The notes under the pieces were generated by a model. It was given only the letters and a program-made list of their open reading frames with translations, did no database searches and had not been told where the DNA came from. From a virus, in IMG/VR virus record IMGVR_UViG_3300017748_000003, positions 1 to 64,000 of that record: 64,000 nucleotides of DNA; one strand, 5' to 3'. The position numbers and the translations under genes were made by a program. Position 1 is the stretch's first letter; every line of letters starts with the position of its first letter. Below, in pieces: positions 10,658 through 20,693 of this stretch.

Positions 10658-11026
10658 TTAGCTAGAAGCTATCCCGTCATAAGACGTAGCACGAATGGAG
10701 GACTTAACGAACTCTTCGTTCTCCTTTTCGACAGTAACCTCATCAACGTAGATGGGTCTTGCTGTAGAGCCACCGCCTGGTGTGAGATAAGTCCCACTAA
10801 GGCTAAGGGTAGTTCCAACAGTTGCCGAAACCGTTCCAAGACCTTCGATAGAGATTTCAGAGGTAGGGTTGTAGTAAGCCACCGATACGATGACTCCACA
10901 GCTATCTCTAGCCTCTTTTTTATCCATCTTATTAGTCATAGAAACGGACTGAGTTGTGAGGCTGGCCTCATCATCAGTAATTCCGAACTCTAGGGCTTGT
11001 CCTACTATTGTTCCGCAAGCTGGCAT
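10658..11026 (-). CDS. Major tail tube protein (small)
   Basis: 122 aa, beta-rich, Thr/Ser-rich; lies after the tail completion genes and before the chaperone. Confidence 0.65.
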   Translation of the reverse strand: MPACGTIVGQALEFGITDDEASLTTQSVSMTNKMDKKEARDSCGVIVSVAYYNPTSEISIEGLGTVSATVGTTLSLSGTYLTPGGGSTARPIYVDEVTVEKENEEFVKSSIRATSYDGIASS

Positions 11027-11091
11027 AATTTATAATCAATTTGGGTTGCTAAAGAGTATCCCTCTTATAAGGAAATTAGTCAACGGCAAAA

Positions 11092-11652
11092 TTAACCTAA
11101 TTCTTCTGGAAAGGAAGCAGAGCGTTCGCCTCTGCAATAATGCCGTGTATCCAGTGTAACTTCTAAAAAAGCTTCAAACGCTAACTGAGAAGGTGTTTCA
11201 CTTTCCAAGGTCCTAAATGATACAGGCTTTTCTAGGGTATTAAGAAGGCGGGAATCAGGCTCATCAAGACCATCAGTAGTAGTCTCGATAGCGTCACATA
11301 TTAAAGCAATCCACTCAAGCAAACCTTTTTTACCCCCAGATTCGGGTGTCCTACGGAAAAAGAAGTCTTTTCTAGCGCAGTATAAACGAAACGTTAATGT
11401 TATAGAGGGTGCTATAGGGCTATTAGCCCTGCTACTTTGGCCGGAAACTTGGCCTGGGGATATATCTTCGATATGCTGCAAGGATCTAGGCTGTAGTGCT
11501 GGCATATCATCATACCCATCAACTTTTAACCTACCCTCCTTATCATAATTCAAACCATCAAGCATTCTTCCATTCTGAGAATGATAAATTAAACGCTCGT
11601 TAACAACCCAAGCAGGGGTAGTAAGCTGAAATGTATCTGTCTTAGCCATCAC
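11092..11652 (-). CDS. Putative tail terminator/completion protein
   Basis: Canonical position between the gp10-like gene and the tail tube. Confidence 0.5.
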   Translation of the reverse strand: MMAKTDTFQLTTPAWVVNERLIYHSQNGRMLDGLNYDKEGRLKVDGYDDMPALQPRSLQHIEDISPGQVSGQSSRANSPIAPSITLTFRLYCARKDFFFRRTPESGGKKGLLEWIALICDAIETTTDGLDEPDSRLLNTLEKPVSFRTLESETPSQLAFEAFLEVTLDTRHYCRGERSASFPEELG

Positions 11653-12134
11653 CTCATTCTAGACGCAACGCTAGCATACACAAGCGAAGGGAATCGGGCA
11701 ACCGCAAAGTCGCGGCCTTTCTTAGAGATATTAAGGGGTCGGATGCCTCTAACCTTATTAGCTAATACATAATCTCTGCCTCTTACAAAAGATTTGTTTT
11801 TAAGTGCTCTATACGCTCCAGCCCTGCCAGCGCGTATAGTTAGGGGTATAAATAATTTTTGCGCCCTAACTGGTCCATGAGCTTTAGTCCCTCCGTCTAA
11901 GAAGTGAATAGTTTTAGTTCTATTATATAACATATACTTAGACGGGCCTTGCTTTCTAATCTCCCAAGCAGCACGAGTCGCGCCCGTCCATCCTTTAGGG
12001 GTAAGATCTCGAACCTTATCCTTAGTAGCAAGAACAGCTTTCCTAACTCCTGGATCCATACCAGAAGCAGTTAGTGCAGAGGAAATTTTTCCTAACGCAC
12101 GCATTGTAGCCCCAGAGGAAACACTAACCCTCAT
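11649..12134 (-). CDS. HK97 gp10-like tail completion protein
   Basis: 'LTPKGWTGATRAAW...IHFLDGGTKAHG...VRGIRP' pattern; basic protein. Confidence 0.7.
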   Translation of the reverse strand: MRVSVSSGATMRALGKISSALTASGMDPGVRKAVLATKDKVRDLTPKGWTGATRAAWEIRKQGPSKYMLYNRTKTIHFLDGGTKAHGPVRAQKLFIPLTIRAGRAGAYRALKNKSFVRGRDYVLANKVRGIRPLNISKKGRDFAVARFPSLVYASVASRMR

Positions 12135-12745
12135 AAAGCATAGTTAGACCATTGACGATACTTTTTAAGCAGCATCGTAGCTTCTGAGGGAACTGAGGTA
12201 TCTAACATACTCGTAACTACACCATCAAGCCCTACTACTTGCTTATTATTTTCACCTGAGAAATTAGCAGCAATAAGGGTGCAAGCTCTTCTAATGGATT
12301 GAGGCAAAGTAGCTGGGGGAGTTTCGTTATCGGTAATAGGATAACCAAACGTGCCTTTTAGCTCCATATTAAGCACAAAAGGATGTTGTTCCCCGAATAC
12401 ACCACCCTCTGCACGTATTTGACTTCTCCCAACGTCAAAATAATACTCGTCAAAATCAAACTTATCGTTATCTACAGCACCTATTTCCCTATCAGAGTAA
12501 ACCCAGAGGTCAGTAAGAGTAATAATAGGCCAAGGCAAGGTAACTATATTTTTAGTAACCCAAGACCTAGGAACTTCTAAGGCAGTAGAACTGTAATCGT
12601 GAAACCAGAAATCAGTTTGGCAATACTCTTCTACATAACGAGACGCTGTATTAATAGCGTTCTCGTAAAGAGAATCAGGCGCATCGCTATTTTGCGTTTC
12701 GCCGGATACGTCTGAGATAGAGCAGTATGGTCTTTCCAGAGCCAT
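12131..12745 (-). CDS. Head-tail connector/adaptor (gp6/gp15-like)
   Basis: Start MALERPYCS at 12745; 'AINTASRYVEEYC', 'GTFGY...LPQSIRRACTLIAA', 'MLLKKYR' pattern. Confidence 0.75.
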   Translation of the reverse strand: MALERPYCSISDVSGETQNSDAPDSLYENAINTASRYVEEYCQTDFWFHDYSSTALEVPRSWVTKNIVTLPWPIITLTDLWVYSDREIGAVDNDKFDFDEYYFDVGRSQIRAEGGVFGEQHPFVLNMELKGTFGYPITDNETPPATLPQSIRRACTLIAANFSGENNKQVVGLDGVVTSMLDTSVPSEATMLLKKYRQWSNYAL

Positions 12746-12749
12746 TAGA

Positions 12750-13010
12750 TTACTTCTTAGGCGACTTAGCTTTAATGGTCTTAGCCTTAACGGTCTTAGC
12801 TTTAGTAGAACCACCTTTAGCTTCTTTAGTCTGAGCAGACTTAGATGCACCTCCAGCTTTACGCTGAAGTTTGTTAAGTAGATCAGAACGTTCTTTTTCA
12901 GACGCGCATTGATCAAACTGAGCGCATACAGTCTGAATCACGTTATCAGAGGCTCCTTGGGAAGCTAGAAGTCTCTCTATAGTAGCTTTAGTAGTAGGTT
13001 TAGTGCTCAT
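12750..13010 (-). CDS. Small Lys-rich hypothetical protein
   Basis: ATG at 13010; C-terminal KAKT repeats. Confidence 0.6.
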   Translation of the reverse strand: MSTKPTTKATIERLLASQGASDNVIQTVCAQFDQCASEKERSDLLNKLQRKAGGASKSAQTKEAKGGSTKAKTVKAKTIKAKSPKK

Positions 13011-13048
13011 AATATATCCTTTGTTTAGATGATTGTTTCTAAGTAACA

Positions 13049-13633
13049 TTAAGCCGCAGACACTCTACGCGACCGTAGAGCTTTTGTCTTGGGTTTATTA
13101 GAAGAAGTTTTCTTAGTATCTAATTCCTTTTTAGATGGCTTAGCATTACCAGAAGACTCTTTCTTAGTCTCAGTGCCGTCCCACTTAGGCAGAGCCAAGC
13201 GTTCAACTTTACTAAGCTTAGTCCAGCCCATAAGCCTAGCCCCTTCGACTATACGATCAACTAGCATAGCTCTTGTATCATGAACTGAGGATTTAGATAT
13301 AACTCCCCCGATGTCGTTAATAGCCCCTACCATTTTAACCAAGCGTAACTTAGACACACGGGATTCAAGGATATTAATAATCTTACTATGCTCCCAAGGA
13401 ACAGATCTTAAATCAAACCTAGGTGTACCGAGAGGTTTAATTTTTTCAGCAATAACTCTTTCTTCTTTAGATACAGGCTTAGTAATAATCTTATAATTAC
13501 TTTTAGCCGCCACTTCATCTTTACAGATGAGATCCCATTCTTTTTCGTAGAGATCGAGTTTATCTCCCTTTTTTACCTGACCGAATCTAGACAAGGTATT
13601 TACTGTATCGCCTATGTATTGAACTTTCTTCAT
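13049..13633 (-). CDS. Hypothetical basic protein downstream of capsid
   Basis: 194 aa ORF. Confidence 0.7.
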   Translation of the reverse strand: MKKVQYIGDTVNTLSRFGQVKKGDKLDLYEKEWDLICKDEVAAKSNYKIITKPVSKEERVIAEKIKPLGTPRFDLRSVPWEHSKIINILESRVSKLRLVKMVGAINDIGGVISKSSVHDTRAMLVDRIVEGARLMGWTKLSKVERLALPKWDGTETKKESSGNAKPSKKELDTKKTSSNKPKTKALRSRRVSAA

Positions 13634-13718
13634 TAAATCTAAAGGTAGCAGATATAATGCTACTAGACTTTGCGATTCAGTGCAAGTTTAAAATAAACAC
13701 TAAGAATTGCACAGAGTG

Positions 13719-13761
13719 CAAAAAAACACCCCGCCTAGACTAACGAACTAGACGGGGTGTT
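13719..13761 (-). terminator. Intrinsic terminator after the major capsid gene
   Basis: ACACCCCGTCTAG/CTAGGCGGGGTGT stem followed by a T run on the minus strand. Confidence 0.85.
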
Positions 13762-13818
13762 ATGTGCTACCAACACTAACGAGGGGCGATACTCGCTAGA
13801 GAGGGAATTTGGTAGGGA

Positions 13819-15543
13819 TTAGGCATCGTAGTTGAATCCCATAACAACGGATGGGACAGCAGCCGTAGGAGTCTCCTTAGGCACGAAGTCCCTGCGGAAC
13901 GAGGCGATAACAGAGTTAATCTGTCGCTTCTTATCTACGTCAACCTCAACGGTAAATCCACGCTTGGAACCGACGATGAAAGAAGGTCGGTGAACAAGGA
14001 GGATAGAACCTTTAGTGGTGGTAGTGCCGTCATAAACGCCACTAGCGTTAAGATCTTCACGCACTTGTGAAGAAACAACGATGCGGATTCCAAAGATGGA
14101 AGCAGCTTCACCAGTAAGGATGCGAGCAGCAGCAGCGTTACCCACCTTATCAAAGGTAAGGGTCTCATCAAGCGAAACGAGTTCGTTGTAAGCTTGTGAG
14201 TTTACTACCAGCATAAGATCGCGTGGACGGATGCCCCAACGCTTAAGCTTCTTACGCATCTCGATGATATTAGCAGCGGAGATACCTCCAGTGCTGATGT
14301 CAACTGAAAGTGCTCCGGTATTAGCAAGAGCTAGCTTTCTCAATCCATTAAACAGCTTGCTGGAGTGACCAGCTACTGCATCAATGTCAGAGTCTTGGTG
14401 AGTTCCAGCGGTATCACCGTTAACTACAGCACCTTCAAAAGCATCAGCAGCACCTGCTGCAAGATTCTCTGTAAGAAGGGGAAGCACAGCGATGATAGCA
14501 TCTTCGTCGGACTCGTAAGAATACTCACTCATTCCGATAAGCTTCTTGGCATCCAGCGTAATGTCGCTAGTTCCAGGCTCACTAGCCGTAGGATCAGAAC
14601 CCGGTGCCTCAGAACCAACAAAGAAGCTGGTCCGTGTAGTGGTCATAGGGAACTTGAACGGATTAGTTGGCATATCAATCTCAGACGCAAGCAACTCAGC
14701 AGCGATTTGAGACTCAAGATACATACGAGCCTGAAGGTCGCTAGAAAGGTCGCTTGGGATAAGCTCAGCACCTGATCCAGAACCGCCAGTAGTAAGAGCC
14801 TTACCACCGTAAACAACAGCATGACGAGCACGCTTAATGTTTGCTGCGCCAACAGCATGGGCAGACTTAACCTGATCTTCGCTGATGCCGTGGTTCATAG
14901 AAGTAGGAACTTCTACTCCAGCAGACTTCATCTCAGACTTACGCTCGTCAGAAACGTGAGCAAGGCAGAGGTTAAGTAGCTGCTTTTGTCCAACAGACAG
15001 GTTGCCTGAGCGATGCTCAACAGGGAACTCGTTACCATTTCCGGCATTAAACTCAACCTTAGAGGCTTGCTTAATGGAGGAAGCGAAAGTATCAAGCATT
15101 TGCTTCATGCTATCTTCGGTAAGAGCTTGTGCTGGAATAGCTTTCTTGATGTCAGCTACAAGAGCTTCTTTATCAATGCCAGTGCCACCGTTATGCTTAA
15201 CGATAACAGCCTCGATTTGCTTAATGTCTGGAACACCTTCCTTAGCGGCTTTAACGATGTCGTCGCTGAGCTTGTCAACGTCTACACCTGAACCTGCTGG
15301 AATACCGTCCTTGACTGCCTTAGTAATAAGGCTAGTAAGCTCTTCTGAGGTAGTCTTAGTGTCTTCGGGGCTGTTGCCCTCGCCGTCTTCTACATCAGGA
15401 GCGTAGTCCTTGATGATAGCGTCAAAAAGCTCACCGGCCTTAGCAGTAAGGTCCGAAAGCTCATTGTTCTCTTCGTCGCTGAGGTGGCCGGCTTTAGAAT
15501 GGAGAGCCGCCAACCGCAGTTTTTCCTTGAGTGTTAATTTCAT
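13819..15543 (-). CDS. Major capsid protein, HK97 fold, with long N-terminal scaffold (delta) domain
   Basis: 'K|ALTTGGSGSGAELIP', 'ITLDAKKL', 'AVVNGD', 'IFGIRIVVS' motifs; follows the prohead protease; strong codon bias. Confidence 0.92.
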   Translation of the reverse strand: MKLTLKEKLRLAALHSKAGHLSDEENNELSDLTAKAGELFDAIIKDYAPDVEDGEGNSPEDTKTTSEELTSLITKAVKDGIPAGSGVDVDKLSDDIVKAAKEGVPDIKQIEAVIVKHNGGTGIDKEALVADIKKAIPAQALTEDSMKQMLDTFASSIKQASKVEFNAGNGNEFPVEHRSGNLSVGQKQLLNLCLAHVSDERKSEMKSAGVEVPTSMNHGISEDQVKSAHAVGAANIKRARHAVVYGGKALTTGGSGSGAELIPSDLSSDLQARMYLESQIAAELLASEIDMPTNPFKFPMTTTRTSFFVGSEAPGSDPTASEPGTSDITLDAKKLIGMSEYSYESDEDAIIAVLPLLTENLAAGAADAFEGAVVNGDTAGTHQDSDIDAVAGHSSKLFNGLRKLALANTGALSVDISTGGISAANIIEMRKKLKRWGIRPRDLMLVVNSQAYNELVSLDETLTFDKVGNAAAARILTGEAASIFGIRIVVSSQVREDLNASGVYDGTTTTKGSILLVHRPSFIVGSKRGFTVEVDVDKKRQINSVIASFRRDFVPKETPTAAVPSVVMGFNYDA

Positions 15544-15682
15544 GGAGTGAATAATTAATAAGTTATTATTATTAGTTAGGGTTTGCTTATGGCTTTCCGG
15601 CTGACCTCTTACTTACAATGTGCTTTCGGGGCTTGAGGCAGAAAATCTTAAAAATATACTGTCTTCAATTTTTATATGCTAG

Positions 15683-16576
15683 TCAAGCAGAATTTTTTAG
15701 TCGGAGTTCACCTCCGAATCGCTTGCAATGCATTTCAAATGCTTTCTCTACAAACTGCTCATCAAGTGCGCGGACTTGAAATTTTGCGTCTGGATTAGCG
15801 GGGACAACGACCAGAGAAGTTTCATATAAATCAATTTCCTCAATACCTTTATAATCTTCCTTGTAGAAGAAGCCTCCTCCAATAGAGAGAGTTTTAAGAG
15901 AACCCTCCATAATTTGGTATCTAGTATGAACAGCGTCTGGGTGTGGGCTATTAGTGACTACGCCTTTAAGGGCAAGGCCGCGATCATTAACGCTAACCTC
16001 TGAGTAATGACCCATAAGGTTTCCTACCTCACGAACATGGTCAGTGAGCATTACAGGATTTTCTCTAAAGCTCTTAAGGGATGCATCAAAAGCACCGGCC
16101 TCTATGTAGTCACCGTCTCTGTCTTCTGGAGTAGTAGAGGCGAATGTAGAACCGTAACCTTCAAAAGTTACATTTTTATAATCTACGGTAAGATCACCGT
16201 CCTTAACTTCGACAGCAGCCTTACAATTTTCCAGAGGATCACGAGTTTGGAAAGATTTTGCATCACGATCAAGCAATGCTACGGCATCCAAAGGCGTAGC
16301 CAAGTCTCTAGAAATAGTAGTTCCAGCTTCTTTAGCGGCAACAAGAACACCCGAAGCATTTGGCAAGCATAACCGAACATCATAGTTTGAGCCTTTCTCT
16401 GCCGCTACAACAGCTACCACAGGCTGATCTCCGAGCTTAAACATAATAGTCTTGCCTACCATGCTAGGACGCTTAGGTGCAGGAGACTTTTGGCTCTTCT
16501 TGTTCTCCCTGCTGCTAACTATGCTGATAGTTTTCTTAGCCGCAGGTTTGGGATTAGTAATAGTAATCTTGCCCAT
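15683..16576 (-). CDS. Prohead maturation protease, HK97 family
   Basis: 'FEGYGSTF..DRDGDYIEAGAF..NPVMLTDH..LSIGG..LYETSLVVVPANPDA'. Confidence 0.92.
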   Translation of the reverse strand: MGKITITNPKPAAKKTISIVSSRENKKSQKSPAPKRPSMVGKTIMFKLGDQPVVAVVAAEKGSNYDVRLCLPNASGVLVAAKEAGTTISRDLATPLDAVALLDRDAKSFQTRDPLENCKAAVEVKDGDLTVDYKNVTFEGYGSTFASTTPEDRDGDYIEAGAFDASLKSFRENPVMLTDHVREVGNLMGHYSEVSVNDRGLALKGVVTNSPHPDAVHTRYQIMEGSLKTLSIGGGFFYKEDYKGIEEIDLYETSLVVVPANPDAKFQVRALDEQFVEKAFEMHCKRFGGELRLKNSA

Positions 16577-16638
16577 GCTATTTACTGTAACCTCTGACAA
16601 TATTATACGCAAGAAGTTTTGCACATCGTGCAAATTGA

Positions 16639-17610
16639 TCATCTAACCCTAGCTGGGCCTGTGTAAGGGAACGCCTCCATTACTAATGGGGGAGGAGATC
16701 CATCCCTAAGATAAAACCCAGAAGCGAATATAACGCCGGTATGATTAGGGTGAAACACAAGCTCACGCTCTCTCCATATAGGAACATTAGATATATTACA
16801 GGTAGGATTACCGTCTATGTGCGGTGATGCAATCTCAACACCCGCACAACCAAAAACCGAAAGATGGCTCACAGACCCTGCGTGTTTCATTGATAATTTA
16901 GTGCCTAAATCCGAAGCCTTGCCCATCTCAGTTCTTGATATAGTAGCAATTCTAGACTCACCTATCTTATTAGCGTCTCTTATAGAGTTAGCCACCTCAG
17001 CCTGATTAAACCCTAACTGTATTGATCCAGCTACTACCTCCTTAATCCTTCTTTCGGTAGTTTCGTTAATACCCCTAATACCAGAGGCAACCTCATTAAC
17101 TCTCTGATTTAACTCTGATCGAAAGGCAGGTAACGGCTGCCAAGGCTCATTTAAATTTGTCCTGTTCAGCAAGGAGCCTACCTTAACATAAGCATCAGAA
17201 GATACAGATTGAACTGCTGGAAGAATATCAAGAACTAACTCATCAGACATAACAGCGAGAACGCTGATAATTGATTCTTCCCATATAGACGCTTGTTGGT
17301 CTTGCGTAAGTCTTACTTCAGACCTAACGCCATAAACTCTTCTAGAAGTAGATAATGCTCGGTCTATTATAGACTCTTTAAGCCTCTTAAAATACTTAGA
17401 CAATTTTTCGTCAAGAAGTCTCTGTCCACGACCACGAGCAAAACGTTGTATATTAGAGATGTCGTAGTTAAGCTTAACACCTGCATCACCTCGCGTATTT
17501 TCCCATGTCCAGCCCTCGTCGGGCATTTTACTGCGACTATACCTCTGGAATATCTTCCAAGGTGACTCACGGCGGTAACGAGTCCTTATTCTATTAAAGG
17601 CTTCGCTCAT
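16639..17610 (-). CDS. Minor head protein (Mu gpF/SPP1 gp7-like)
   Basis: 'INETT...IATISRTE...HPNH' pattern; between portal and protease. Confidence 0.75.
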   Translation of the reverse strand: MSEAFNRIRTRYRRESPWKIFQRYSRSKMPDEGWTWENTRGDAGVKLNYDISNIQRFARGRGQRLLDEKLSKYFKRLKESIIDRALSTSRRVYGVRSEVRLTQDQQASIWEESIISVLAVMSDELVLDILPAVQSVSSDAYVKVGSLLNRTNLNEPWQPLPAFRSELNQRVNEVASGIRGINETTERRIKEVVAGSIQLGFNQAEVANSIRDANKIGESRIATISRTEMGKASDLGTKLSMKHAGSVSHLSVFGCAGVEIASPHIDGNPTCNISNVPIWRERELVFHPNHTGVIFASGFYLRDGSPPPLVMEAFPYTGPARVR

Positions 17611-17620
17611 AGCTACCGCC

Positions 17621-19870
17621 CTATATCAATTCTCTTCTTCTTGCCTCAGAAGGCCAGTAAGTCATGCCAGCCCTGCCGCCCCAAAGCTGTGCTGCGGCAT
17701 AAGCAGGGCTACCTTTTGGTTCGTCTAAGAATCTTTTATTTCTTCCCCACCAGCGATTAGCTTTAGAAGTCCATTCATCAGTAGGCATACCGCCAGAGAT
17801 AAAGTCCTTAGCCATCCTTACAGTTATTGGCTCCAAGCCACCACCTGTTTCCCCATTCTCATGCCGCCTAATTCCATCTCTATAGGAGGCTATAGCTCCT
17901 TTTGGGGGTTTTCTGCGCTTAACAGCTTTTTCTTCTTCCTCGTCATCGTTGTAGCTGGATTTATCTTCCTCTTCCTCGTCATCGTAGCTATATTTATCCT
18001 CTTCCTCATCGTCGTAGTAAGAGTCTTCTTGTTCTTCTTGTCTTATGTAAGTCAAGTAAGCGTGAGGTTGATCGCTATGGGTTGCTCCCACCATAGGTCC
18101 TCCGTCTGGATGTATATGGTAATAACCTACATATTCCTCGCCCGTTCTTGTCAAGACTAACTCTCCACCTTCAGTATAAAGATTTTCTACCAATCCGGGA
18201 GGATTTTCACCATCGTGATACCCTTTACTAGATAAAGGATGTCCTTTAGGAAGAAGGTCTGTGTCATGCTTGCCGCTCCTAAATCTACCGTTTCTTAAGA
18301 CATATAAGAACGAGTTTACTCTAGCGTAAGCCCACTGATCTGGCGATGTAACGTTCGGTCTAACAGAGCCTGGATTTGTATTATAAGCACCAACACCCCG
18401 TTTAAATACCGCTATAAGCGTGCGTAGGTTAGTCCTCTTTGTTTTAGCGTTACCTACTTTTTCGTTATGATCCTTAACTTTCTTTTGTAGACCTTTACGA
18501 ACTGCGGCACTTACATCTTTTTCTTGCTCCTCATCCTCTTCCTCATCGTCATCTTCGTCGTGATAACTCTTATCTTCTAAGGACTCAGAGATCTCATTAT
18601 CGGTAGGGCTTGCTAACCCAGACATCTCAAGAGGGATAACTTGAAAATTCACAGTAAATATATCCATAAGAGGATCATCTACCAACTCAAGATGCGCCCG
18701 TTCTCTAACCTCATTACGGGTCATAATACCCCTATCAACCAAAGGACCAAAATCTTTAGAGATCTGCTCCATGTCCACAAGACCATCAAAGTCATAGGAC
18801 AGCATAAGGTTTGCGTTTTTAGCAGAAATAAAACCATCGTTATTCAGCTTAGTAACGATAACGTCAATGAGTGGAACGATAGTGTAACGTCTAAAATTAA
18901 CTTCCTCTTGCCTAGATGTAGCATAATTCTGAGCATTCTTAAGCCCAAAGACAGAAAGAGGAACACCGTGATTAAGAATAATCTGCTCAGTAGTCCACCT
19001 CTCTTTTTCCAGTGCTTGCATCTCAGCCATAGTCATGCCGAGCTTAATGTAATTCCAATCACCGTTAAGAAAGGCCGTCTTTCCGGCGTTTTCTTTACCA
19101 CCGTAGTCAGCTTCCCACTTAGACTTAAGTGCCTCCCACTGATCTTGATCCTCGATAGAATCTTTTCTGTGTAAGATACCAGAGGGCTGAGCACCTTGAC
19201 TAAGAAACTTTTCGTTAAGGGTATCCTTGTTAATAAAATCGTTAAAAACGGCTTCAGATCCTTCTACGTCTCCAAGACCCATGCACAAGTCGTTAGGGTG
19301 CGTGCGCTTAAAGTGTATAATCTCTTTAGCATCAAAAATAATTTCTTGCCCATTAACTCTGTAAATATAAGAAGATATTTTCTGCTTACGGTCTGGGACA
19401 GGTTCGATGTGCTGAGGCAGTAATGGATAAAGTGCGGTAGGTCTACCTACCAAATCAACTTCATCTTTAAGCCAATAAGCGTTTCCTGTAAGCCCAAGAT
19501 GCCAACAGGTAAGAGCCATTACATCTGTCCAAGTATCGTAAGGGTTAGGCTCCGTAAGAAAGCCTCCCTCAGAAAAATTACCAGCACCAGAAACCCTGCT
19601 ACCGTTCTTATTAGGATCAACTACTTTAAATCTAGCTGATATAACACGAGATTCTATCAGCCTCATACACCTAAAAGTAACCCATACTCTTTTGCATCCA
19701 GCGTCTAAGTAAGACTGATAGTCAGTAAACTTATGAATAGGTATACCTAAAGCGCGTTCAATATAGTCACGCTCTTTAGTAGATACAAGAAACCGCGACA
19801 TCATCGCAACGTCTGACGGAGATGCGTTCTCCGTCCTAAAAGATTTATTTCGCTTAAGGAACCCTAGCAT
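17621..19870 (-). CDS. Portal protein (HK97 family) with ~330 aa C-terminal multi-domain extension
   Basis: 'LTGNAYW', 'LYPLLP', 'EIIHFK', 'GAQPSGIL', 'NAGK', 'GIMTRNEVR'; the extension has acidic linkers and three further domains. Confidence 0.92.
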   Translation of the reverse strand: MLGFLKRNKSFRTENASPSDVAMMSRFLVSTKERDYIERALGIPIHKFTDYQSYLDAGCKRVWVTFRCMRLIESRVISARFKVVDPNKNGSRVSGAGNFSEGGFLTEPNPYDTWTDVMALTCWHLGLTGNAYWLKDEVDLVGRPTALYPLLPQHIEPVPDRKQKISSYIYRVNGQEIIFDAKEIIHFKRTHPNDLCMGLGDVEGSEAVFNDFINKDTLNEKFLSQGAQPSGILHRKDSIEDQDQWEALKSKWEADYGGKENAGKTAFLNGDWNYIKLGMTMAEMQALEKERWTTEQIILNHGVPLSVFGLKNAQNYATSRQEEVNFRRYTIVPLIDVIVTKLNNDGFISAKNANLMLSYDFDGLVDMEQISKDFGPLVDRGIMTRNEVRERAHLELVDDPLMDIFTVNFQVIPLEMSGLASPTDNEISESLEDKSYHDEDDDEEEDEEQEKDVSAAVRKGLQKKVKDHNEKVGNAKTKRTNLRTLIAVFKRGVGAYNTNPGSVRPNVTSPDQWAYARVNSFLYVLRNGRFRSGKHDTDLLPKGHPLSSKGYHDGENPPGLVENLYTEGGELVLTRTGEEYVGYYHIHPDGGPMVGATHSDQPHAYLTYIRQEEQEDSYYDDEEEDKYSYDDEEEEDKSSYNDDEEEEKAVKRRKPPKGAIASYRDGIRRHENGETGGGLEPITVRMAKDFISGGMPTDEWTSKANRWWGRNKRFLDEPKGSPAYAAAQLWGGRAGMTYWPSEARRRELI
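17931..18030 (-). repeat. Three imperfect ~30-33 nt tandem repeats encoding (K)SYxDDEEEE in the portal extension
   Basis: DSYYDDEEED / KYSYDDEEEED / KSSYNDDEEEE. Confidence 0.8.
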
Positions 19871-19914
19871 GGCTTGTCAAGGTAATTACCAGCAAAAGAC
19901 TACTATCTATAACC

Positions 19915-20661
19915 CTATTTGTCGAGCTTCCTCTTTCGAGAACGAGTAGCTTTATTAGAACTACTTTCTTTAGTCTTCTTTTCTGGATCAATAGTAAGGT
20001 CAGTAGCTACCCAGCTTTTACCTCTATTAGCCGCGCAAGAGGCGCAGTATCCAGTAACTAATCGCACAGCATCTTTATTAGGAGTCCAAACTAATAAAGT
20101 TTCAAATAGTTTGTAATCGTCTGCATACAGATCTCTAAGTATAACATTTCCTCCGTCAGGTATAAATGCGTTCTTTGCTCCAACGGCTCGCACATTCTTA
20201 TTACTTCTAGCACTATATACTCCTGAGTAATTTGACCACTCAGCTATAGAGTAAGAAGCGATAACTAAATTAAAGTGAGACTTTAACCACTCGCTCTGTG
20301 GCTTCATAAACTCAGGAAGATCTCCACCTTTACTTGCGTGCTCAAGAATAGCTGCTCCTCTTTGGGCCGGAGTTGCATCCTCAGGCATCTCTAGTATCAA
20401 ATCGAGCAACGGACCCGCAAACTCATCGGGCTTAGTGAAGGCCAGTGTAGCCCCACTCTCAAAGCGAGCCTCTACGGGTCTTACTAGAACGATCTTCTGA
20501 AACTTCTTCCACTGATCGCCCAAAACCTTGCGGCACTCATCAGGCTTAGCCCATTTATCTAAAGTCAATTCTGATTCAAGCTTAAGCGCATTTCCCAGCG
20601 AATCGTTTCCAGTTAGAGGATTCTCTACCAAAACTATCTTTTTTTCTTCACTAACTTTCAT
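19915..20661 (-). CDS. Divergent sulfotransferase-family-like protein
   Basis: 'IVLVENPLTGNDSL', 'KIVLVRPVEARFESG', 'MKPQSEWL', 'DLYADDYKLF' follow the Sulfotransfer_2 motif order with degenerate PAPS-binding residues. Confidence 0.5.
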   Translation of the reverse strand: MKVSEEKKIVLVENPLTGNDSLGNALKLESELTLDKWAKPDECRKVLGDQWKKFQKIVLVRPVEARFESGATLAFTKPDEFAGPLLDLILEMPEDATPAQRGAAILEHASKGGDLPEFMKPQSEWLKSHFNLVIASYSIAEWSNYSGVYSARSNKNVRAVGAKNAFIPDGGNVILRDLYADDYKLFETLLVWTPNKDAVRLVTGYCASCAANRGKSWVATDLTIDPEKKTKESSSNKATRSRKRKLDK

Positions 20662-20693
20662 AACAAGTAAAGTATTTGCACGAAGTGCGAATG

